Shown one piece after another: positions 7,422 to 13,502 of a stretch of 19,435 bases of DNA. The notes beneath the pieces were generated by a model. The model had not been told where the DNA came from. It was given only the letters and a program-made list of their open reading frames with translations, and ran no database searches. Source of the DNA: Gemmatimonadales bacterium (GTDB lineage: Bacteria > Gemmatimonadota > Gemmatimonadetes > Gemmatimonadales > GWC2-71-9); the NCBI GenBank assembly GCA_039794085.1, contig JBDIWC010000063.1, positions 1 to 19,435 on the forward strand. Direction: 5' to 3'. Every line of letters starts with the position of its first letter. Position 1 is the first letter of the stretch. The translations under genes and the position numbers were made by a program.

Positions 7422-9064
7422 TGCGCACACTCTCGCTCGCCCTGATCACGGGCCTCATCATCCCCACCATCTTCCCGCCTGCCTCGGTCGCGGCCCAGGC
7501 CCGAGCGCGGGACCGGACGATCGAGGTCACGATTCCCGATCTCGACCTCTCGACCCTCGTGACGGATGCTCTCTCGAGCGCGCGGGTGGGACTGGCGATG
7601 GCGGGTCCGACGCTCGCCAACCTGCGGCTGCAACTTGACAGCCTCCGCGACGAGTTCCGTTCGGCTCCCTGGACAGGAAGCCTCGCGTGGGATGCCACCC
7701 CCGGGTTCCCGTTCGAGATCTCTCGTCGGATTCCCCCCGCCCCGGTGGACGCCCAGGATCCCGCCGATTCGCTCTACCGCGCGGGGCGTCAGGCCTTGAA
7801 CCGGAGCAACTACGGCGAGGCGGCCACCCTCTTCGAGCAGATCCGCACTCGGCATCCCCGCAGCAGCTACACGCCCGATGCCTGGTACTGGGAGGCATGG
7901 GCGCGCTATCGCCGAAGCAGCGGGAATGACCTCGCCACCGCGGTCCGGCTCCTCGACCAGCAGGCCGAACGGCACCCGGACGCCGCCACCCGGGGCGACG
8001 CCTCCGAACTCCTCACCCGGGTGCTGGGCGAGTTGGCCCGCCAGGGAAACGCCGATGCCTCCCGCCGGGTCTCTGCCATGGCGAGCGAGGCCACGGTGAG
8101 GCCGGCCCGCCCTCCCAGGCCACCCCGAACACCCCGTCCCCCGCGGGTCCGCGGCACCCAGGACCCCTGCCGCGACGAGGGGGACGGGGTGCAGTCGGCG
8201 GCGCTCAACGCCGTGCTCCAGATGGACGCCGATCGCGCGGTGCCCCTCCTCAAGCGGGTGCTGGAACGGCGGGATCCGGAGAGCGCCTGCCTCCGGCGCC
8301 GGGCGGTGTTCATGCTGTCGCAACACGAGACAGCGGAAACGAGCGGTCTCCTCGTGCAACTGGCCAAGACCGATCCCGATCCGGAGGTTCGCCATCAAGC
8401 CGTCTTCTGGCTCTCCCAGGTTACGGGCCCCGAAGCGGTGGCCGCCCTGCGCGACATCCTGGCCACGAGCACCGACCGGGAGCTTCAGGAAAAGGCGATC
8501 TTTGCCCTGTCGCAGCACGAGGGGCCCACCGCCTCCCAGGCCCTGCGGACCTACGCCGGCCGCACCGATGTTCCCGATGAGCTGCGGTCCAACGCTGTTT
8601 TCTGGCTGGGCCAGCAGGGAAGCGCCGAGAATGCGGCCTTCCTGCGGGAGCTGTTCGGTCGCGCGACCGATCGGGAGCTCAAGAACCGCATCCTCTTCTC
8701 CGTCTCCCAGATGGAGAGTGCCGAATCGGGCCGGTGGCTGGTGGAGGTGGCGAAGGACACCCGGCAGCCGACGGAGATCCGGAAGCAGGCTCTTTTCTGG
8801 GCGGGGCAGTCCGATGCGCTGACCACAGCCGACCTCAAGGGGCTGTACAGCACCATGCCCGACCGGGAACTCAAGGAACACCTGATCTTTGTGCTGTCGC
8901 AGCAGGACGGGCCCGCGGCGGTGGACGAACTCATCGCCATCGTGCGCACCGAACCCGACGCCGAACTCAAGAAGAAGGCGATCTTCTGGCTCGCCCAGTC
9001 CGATGACCCGCGCGTGGCCGAGGTGCTCGCCAAGCTCCTCGCCGCGCCGACCCGGAGGCCCTGA
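7421..9064 (+). CDS. Exported TPR-like + HEAT-repeat protein
   Basis: TGATG coupling; signal peptide; TPR-like pair (DSLYRAGRQALNRSNYGEAATLF…DAWYWEAWARY); Pro/Arg linker; eight repeats of the RxxA(V/I)F(W/x)L(S/G)Q type. Confidence 0.9.
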   Translation: MRTLSLALITGLIIPTIFPPASVAAQARARDRTIEVTIPDLDLSTLVTDALSSARVGLAMAGPTLANLRLQLDSLRDEFRSAPWTGSLAWDATPGFPFEISRRIPPAPVDAQDPADSLYRAGRQALNRSNYGEAATLFEQIRTRHPRSSYTPDAWYWEAWARYRRSSGNDLATAVRLLDQQAERHPDAATRGDASELLTRVLGELARQGNADASRRVSAMASEATVRPARPPRPPRTPRPPRVRGTQDPCRDEGDGVQSAALNAVLQMDADRAVPLLKRVLERRDPESACLRRRAVFMLSQHETAETSGLLVQLAKTDPDPEVRHQAVFWLSQVTGPEAVAALRDILATSTDRELQEKAIFALSQHEGPTASQALRTYAGRTDVPDELRSNAVFWLGQQGSAENAAFLRELFGRATDRELKNRILFSVSQMESAESGRWLVEVAKDTRQPTEIRKQALFWAGQSDALTTADLKGLYSTMPDRELKEHLIFVLSQQDGPAAVDELIAIVRTEPDAELKKKAIFWLAQSDDPRVAEVLAKLLAAPTRRP

Positions 9065-9819
9065 TGCGGAACAGAGCAACCCTGGCGGGCGCGGTCGCCC
9101 TGGTGGCGCTGCCCGCCCTGCTCGCCGCGCAATCGCTCCAGGACCGGATTGCCGGAGTGTCGAACGGAACGGTCCGGCTGAGTTATGCGGCCCGGGAAGG
9201 GGTCTGCGGCCATGGCACCAGCGTGAACCTGCGGCGCGGTGACGATGAATGGGAGTCCGCCTGTGACGACGGGCCGGTGCGCGTCTCCCTGCGGATCCGC
9301 GACGGTCGGGTCATCGGTGCCCGGACCCGGGTCGGGGGCCGCTGGCGGAGCGAGACCGGGGTCACCGACCTGGGGATGGTTCCGGCCGCCGAGGCCGCGA
9401 CGACGCTCCTGGCGCTGGCGGAACGGGGGGATCCGGGCGGGGACGACCTCGTGTTCCCCGCGGCGATTGCCGACAGCGTGACGGTATGGCCCGCAATGCT
9501 CCGGATCGCGAAGACCGAGCCGCTCCCCCGGAAAACGAGGACCAGTGCCGTGTTCTGGGTGGCGCAGGCGGCGGGTGAGGCGGCGACCGCGGGTCTCGCC
9601 GAGATCGTGGACGACACCAGCGGCGATCGCGAAGTACGTGAACACGCGGTCTTTGCCCTCTCCCAGCTTCCGAAGGACACCGGTGTCCCGGTCCTGCTGC
9701 AGGTGGCGCGGACCAACCCCGACCCGGGTCTTCGCCGGAAGGCGATCTTCTGGCTGGGCCAGTCGGAGGATCCGCGGGCGCTCCGGTTCTTCGAGGAGGT
9801 GCTCGTGCCGCGCGGGTAG
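9064..9819 (+). CDS. Exported HEAT-repeat protein
   Basis: TGATG coupling; signal peptide (…LLAAQS); N-terminal beta domain with a Cys pair; three repeats AVFWVAQ / AVFALSQ / AIFWLGQ. Confidence 0.9.
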   Translation: MRNRATLAGAVALVALPALLAAQSLQDRIAGVSNGTVRLSYAAREGVCGHGTSVNLRRGDDEWESACDDGPVRVSLRIRDGRVIGARTRVGGRWRSETGVTDLGMVPAAEAATTLLALAERGDPGGDDLVFPAAIADSVTVWPAMLRIAKTEPLPRKTRTSAVFWVAQAAGEAATAGLAEIVDDTSGDREVREHAVFALSQLPKDTGVPVLLQVARTNPDPGLRRKAIFWLGQSEDPRALRFFEEVLVPRG

Positions 9820-9960
9820 GGGGGGGTTGGGGGTTGGGGACTGGGGGTTGGGGACTGGGGGTTGGGAACTGGGTATTGGGGGTTGGGGGCTGGGGGCTGG
9901 GGGCGGGGGGTGAGAGGCCCGCAACCCAATGCCCAGAACCCAGTACCCGGGGTGTTGGGG
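9820..9960. repeat. G-rich heptamer array (TGGGGGT/TGGGGAC…) with short inverted arm
   Basis: About 11 consecutive TGGG-NNN heptamers right after the stop codon, then cccaatg cccagaa cccagta ccc. Similar in unit to cyanobacterial STRR1 (CCCCART). Confidence 0.9.
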
Positions 9961-9967
9961 CTGTCGC

Positions 9968-9985
9968 TTGTGAAATATTTCACAA
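9968..9985. promoter_or_regulatory. Perfect Rex-type operator
   Basis: TTGTGAAATATTTCACAA is a perfect 18-bp palindrome matching the established Rex consensus TTGTGAA-N4-TTCACAA; strongly AT-rich for this sequence. Confidence 0.75.
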
Positions 9986-9996
9986 AGTTTCCTTCC

Positions 9997-10030
9997 CCTT
10001 CCAACTTCGAACTTCGCACTTCAAACTTCG
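9997..10030. repeat. (ACTTCRN) heptamer array
   Basis: ccttcca acttcga acttcgc acttcaa acttcg; same family as 4230-4325 and 5881-6155. Confidence 0.85.
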
Positions 10031-10095
10031 ATTACCTTTCCGTCAGGAGATCTCCGAAGCGCCCGGGAACGTCTCTCCCTGAGGGGGGGAACGTG

Positions 10096-10133
10096 GTCCC
10101 CCGTCGCCGAAGCCTCAGCGTCGGACGGGGGAC
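10096..10133. repeat. GC-rich REP-like hairpin
   Basis: GTCCCCCGTC (10096-10105) and GACGGGGGAC (10124-10133) form a perfect 10-bp inverted repeat; no U-tract. Confidence 0.6.
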
Positions 10134-10206
10134 ACAGAATCCCGGGAGGGGGAAATTCCGTAGGGTAGAGCTGAACCGGCCGATGGCCACACCTGGGAGA
10201 CGTTTG

Positions 10207-11811
10207 ATGACGCGCAAGACCTGGACAACGATGGGGGCCCTGGCCCTGCTGCCACTGATGGCCGGGGCATTCATGCTCCAGAGGCCGGCACCCTCTTCTC
10301 CGCGCACCACCGCCGAGGGCGAGCGTCTCTTTGCCCAGGTCCTGGAGCATGTTCGGACCAGCGCCGTCGATTCCCTCTCCGAAGCCGAGATCTACGAGCG
10401 CGCGGCCCGCGGGCTGGTGGACGGCCTCAAGGACCCCTACGCCGAACTCTACTCCCCCGCCCAGCTCGCCTCGTTCCAGCGGAACACGATGGGGAACAAC
10501 TACGGCGGCGTGGGGATGCAGATCGAGGACCAGAACGGGCGGATCAATGTGGCCAAGGTGTTCCCCAATACCCCGGGCGAGGCCGCGGGCGTGTTGTCGG
10601 GCGACCGGATCGTGCTGGTGGACAGTGTCCCGGTGTCGGGCCTGGCGCTCGAGGAGGTGTCGAACCGGCTGACCGGACCGGCGGGCACCAAGGTGAAGGT
10701 GACGTTTGCCCGCGAGGGGGTGGCGGAACCGATCCGGACCGAGATCACCCGGGCGGTCATCCGGGTTCCCGCCGTTCCCTTCGCCCTCCGGGTTACGCCG
10801 AAGATCGGCTACATCCCCCTGCAGCGCTTCAACACCTCGGCCGCGCAGGATGTGCTGGCGTCGATCCGGGCCCTGCGGCAGCAGGGGGTCGAGTCGTTCA
10901 TCCTCGATGTCCGCGGCAATCCCGGTGGCGACCTGGAACAGGCGCTGGAGATCGGGGACCTCTTCCTCAAGCCGGGGCAGGAGATTGCCCGGGTGAAGCA
11001 CCGGGGTCAGTCCCCGCAGATCCAGGTGGCACAGCGCCCCTCGGTGGTCGATTCCCTTTCCCTGGTGGTTCTGGTGGACGGGGGCTCCGCGTCGGCCTCC
11101 GAGATCGTGGCCGGCTCGCTCCAGGATCATGATCGGGCTCTCGTTATCGGTACGCCGTCCTTCGGCAAGGGCTTGGTGCAGACGCTCTTCCCGCTGCAGG
11201 ACGGCTGGGCCATCAAGCTCACCACCGGCAAGTGGTACACGCCGAGTGGCCGGTCGATCCAGGGGGAGCACAAGCAGCTCGCCGATGGACGGTTCGTCGA
11301 GTACGCCCCCGATTCGGAGGAGAGCGATTCGAGCCGGAGGGCGCGGCCGGTCTTCACCTCGGATGCGGGTCGTGTCATCTACGGGGGTGGGGGCGTCACC
11401 CCGGACCTGATCGTTCGGCAGGACACCGCCACGACGGTCGAGCAGAAGTTCCTCCGTGCCGTGGCCCCGAAGTCGCAACAGGTGGTCCTCGCCATCTACG
11501 ATGTGGCGCTCAAGCAGAAGGGGAAGGTGCGGTACGATTTCACCGTGCAACCCGCCTGGCGGGATCAGCTCTTCGAGCGGTTCGTCCGGGACAGCATCCC
11601 GGTGACACGGTCCGAGTTCGATGCCGTCCAGCCGATGATCGACAACCTCATCACGCAGCGGGTGGCGAGTCTCGCGTTCGGGGACTCCCTCATGTTCCGG
11701 CGTTCGATCCCGACCGACACCCAGATGCAGAAGGCCATCGAGATGCTGGAGCGCGGGGTGTCGCAGCGGGAGCTGCTTGCTCTCGCGAGCAAGGCCTCCC
11801 CGCAGGAGTGA
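10207..11811 (+). CDS. S41 family C-terminal processing peptidase with PDZ domain (CtpA/Prc-like)
   Basis: LKDPY, PDZ GGVGMQI, LDVRGNPGG, catalytic GSASASEIVAG and FGKGLVQ, WYTPSGRSI, GGGVTPD. GGGAGA RBS precedes ATG 10207 (alternative ATG at 10183). Confidence 0.95.
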   Translation: MTRKTWTTMGALALLPLMAGAFMLQRPAPSSPRTTAEGERLFAQVLEHVRTSAVDSLSEAEIYERAARGLVDGLKDPYAELYSPAQLASFQRNTMGNNYGGVGMQIEDQNGRINVAKVFPNTPGEAAGVLSGDRIVLVDSVPVSGLALEEVSNRLTGPAGTKVKVTFAREGVAEPIRTEITRAVIRVPAVPFALRVTPKIGYIPLQRFNTSAAQDVLASIRALRQQGVESFILDVRGNPGGDLEQALEIGDLFLKPGQEIARVKHRGQSPQIQVAQRPSVVDSLSLVVLVDGGSASASEIVAGSLQDHDRALVIGTPSFGKGLVQTLFPLQDGWAIKLTTGKWYTPSGRSIQGEHKQLADGRFVEYAPDSEESDSSRRARPVFTSDAGRVIYGGGGVTPDLIVRQDTATTVEQKFLRAVAPKSQQVVLAIYDVALKQKGKVRYDFTVQPAWRDQLFERFVRDSIPVTRSEFDAVQPMIDNLITQRVASLAFGDSLMFRRSIPTDTQMQKAIEMLERGVSQRELLALASKASPQE

Positions 11812-11882
11812 CCGCGGGTGGAGTTCGGGAAACCGTGGCGGCCCGGGTCGATGATCCGGGCTGTTTCACCATAGAGAACCTC

Positions 11883-11915
11883 AAGTTCCGGAACTTCGCC
11901 CTGTCTCACGGCGTT
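11883..11915 (+). promoter_or_regulatory. Putative ECF promoter upstream of doxX-family gene
   Basis: GGAAC (11890) -N18- GTT (11913), the SigR/SigH-type spacing. The -35 lies in the palindrome AAGTTCCGGAACTT (11883-11896). Confidence 0.5.
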
Positions 11916-11962
11916 CAGGCTACAATACAACACGATTCTCCAACTTTCTCGGAGGAGTGATC

Positions 11963-12430
11963 ATGTCCGACTCTCGCATCGCGTGGGCCCCGGTGCCCAT
12001 CCGGCTCGTTCTCGCCCTCGGCTTCCTGATCCACGGATGGCCCAAGGTCTTCACCGCCGCGGGGAACCAGCAGTTCCAGGGGATGTTGCAGGGGATTGGT
12101 GTTCCGATGCCGGGCCTCATGAGCTATGTCACCGGCGGTGTCGAGGTACTCGGCGGCCTGGCCCTCCTGCTCGGCGTCTGGGCGAGCCTGGCATCGATCC
12201 CCCTCATCATCATCAACCTGGTGGCGATGTTCACCGTCCACATGCCCAACGGATTCAGCTTCATCCATGTGACCGGCATGGGAGAAAGCGGTCCCATCTT
12301 CGGGATGCCGGGCTACGAGGTGAACCTGCTCTACATCGGCGGCCTCCTGGTGGTGGCGTTGATGGGGCCGGGGGCGATGTCGCTGCGACCAGGGAAGCGA
12401 GAGAGCCGCGATCGGAGTGCGACCCTCTAG
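11963..12430 (+). CDS. DoxX family membrane protein
   Basis: IRLVLALGFLIHGWPK, EVLGGLALLLG, AMFTVH, GYEVNL, GPGAMSL motifs; GGAGGAG RBS before ATG 11963. Confidence 0.93.
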   Translation: MSDSRIAWAPVPIRLVLALGFLIHGWPKVFTAAGNQQFQGMLQGIGVPMPGLMSYVTGGVEVLGGLALLLGVWASLASIPLIIINLVAMFTVHMPNGFSFIHVTGMGESGPIFGMPGYEVNLLYIGGLLVVALMGPGAMSLRPGKRESRDRSATL

Positions 12431-12436
12431 AGGGAG

Positions 12437-12747
12437 TAGTCCCTTACGGACAGGATTGAGCACAAAACGGCAGCAATGTTTCGGGCGACGCCCGACCCCC
12501 CGTCAGACACGTCGATCGCAACGGCCGCTCCGTGCGAGGGGAATGGCCACAAAAAGGCACAGAAGTCACAAGAGGCACACCCTCGGTGCGGAGAGGCCCT
12601 CCCAAGGCGAGACTTTTGTATCTTTTGCGCTTCTTGTGGTGGGCTCTGGGGCTGTGGAGAGGTACTCGGGCAGGGCCGGAACCCACGCCGAAGAAAACCC
12701 CCGCGCGACCCCGAGGCGCCTCTGTGGTTCCGGCTGTGCCGGCTTAG
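12437..12747 (+). mobile_element. Non-coding dispersed element, copy B (311 bp)
   Basis: Runs from TAGTCCCTTACGGACAGGATTGA to GGTTCCGGCTGTGCCGGCTTAG; homologous to 1974-2299 in opposite orientation; TAG at both ends. Confidence 0.85.
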
Positions 12748-12880
12748 GACAGAGGACAGAGGACCCGGGAAATAGGACTCAGTTTGGGTCGTTCCTCCTT
12801 GGCCATGCCATGCCTGGGTTCGGGGCCTATGTCCTTTGTCCTCTGTCCTCTGTCCTCTGTCTTTTGTCCCTTGTCCTCTC
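12746..12880. repeat. Inverted heptamer arrays (AGGACAG)n … (CTGTCCT)n
   Basis: aggacag aggacag aggac at 12746-12764; atgtcct ttgtcct ctgtcct ctgtcct ctgtctt ttgtccc ttgtcct at ~12829-12877. Confidence 0.9.
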
Positions 12881-12959
12881 TACCGGGTGTCAACTTTTTA
12901 ACAGTTGCCGTCGGCGAGGTTCCCTCCATATTGTTCCGGATCCCTGAACCGGAGCCCTC

Positions 12960-13481
12960 ATGAAGCCCCTCACCCTCCTCGGTGTCGCCTTCCTGGTCAC
13001 GACCACCACGCTGCATGCACAGCGGGAGCGGGCCATCCAACTGAGCCTCCTCACTCCGGCTCAGCTCTTCCCGGAAACCGACGCGGTGGGCGGGGTCCGG
13101 ATCAATTTCCTCTATGGCCGCAATACCTGGGTCCACGGTCTCGACCTCGGCCTGGTCAACCATACGACCCAGGGAACTTCCAAGGGCCTTCAGATTGGCG
13201 TGGTGAGCCTCAACGACGCCAATTTCACCGGGTTTCAGTACGGCGCGGTAAACCTGGTGGAGGGGAAGTTCGAGGGCTTCCAGTATGGCATCTACAACGG
13301 GAACGACGAGGGAAGCGGCCTCCAGATCGCATTTGTGAACACCTCGCAGAACATGAAGGGCGTCCAAATCGGCATCGTGAACTATGCGCGGCGCATGAAT
13401 GGACTGCAGATCGGCATCGTGAACATCATCAAGCAGGACGGGGCTTTCCCGGTCTTCCCGATCGTCAACTGGTCATTTTGA
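12960..13481 (+). CDS. Exported GLQxGxVN-repeat protein (LA_2272/VC2662-like)
   Basis: Signal peptide (…LHAQ); about eight 14-16 aa repeats (GLDLGLVN, GLQIGVVS, GFQYGAVN, GFQYGIYN, GLQIAFVN, GVQIGIVN, GLQIGIVN); C-terminus FPIVNWSF; GGAG RBS. Confidence 0.85.
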   Translation: MKPLTLLGVAFLVTTTTLHAQRERAIQLSLLTPAQLFPETDAVGGVRINFLYGRNTWVHGLDLGLVNHTTQGTSKGLQIGVVSLNDANFTGFQYGAVNLVEGKFEGFQYGIYNGNDEGSGLQIAFVNTSQNMKGVQIGIVNYARRMNGLQIGIVNIIKQDGAFPVFPIVNWSF

Positions 13482-13502
13482 ACAGCAGGCCATGACGCAC
13501 CG

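Noticed and set aside
7178..9079. 633-aa minus-strand ORF
   Set aside because: Antisense shadow of the HEAT-repeat gene; no recognisable motifs; expected in high-GC DNA.
10096..10133. Hairpin as an intrinsic terminator
   Set aside because: No U-tract on either side; kept only as a REP-like hairpin.
9862..10206. Long N-terminal extensions in the ORF track (also 2123-2368, 4225-4320, 4251-4340, 16461-16715, 17347-17760)
   Set aside because: They translate repeats or overlap neighbouring genes; downstream starts have an RBS, signal peptide or stop-start coupling.
10021..11550. 509-aa minus-strand ORF
   Set aside because: Antisense shadow of the S41 peptidase.
12700..12750. Integron attC interpretation of the element end (…GGCTTAGG)
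   Set aside because: No RYYYAAC…GTTRRRY pair with L boxes, flanking genes are in mixed orientations, and there is no integrase in the window.
12417..12947. ORFs across the dispersed element (and 1900-2703, 1974-2255) with mutually similar translations
   Set aside because: Similarity only reflects the DNA repeat; starts and frames are not conserved between copies and there are no transposase motifs.
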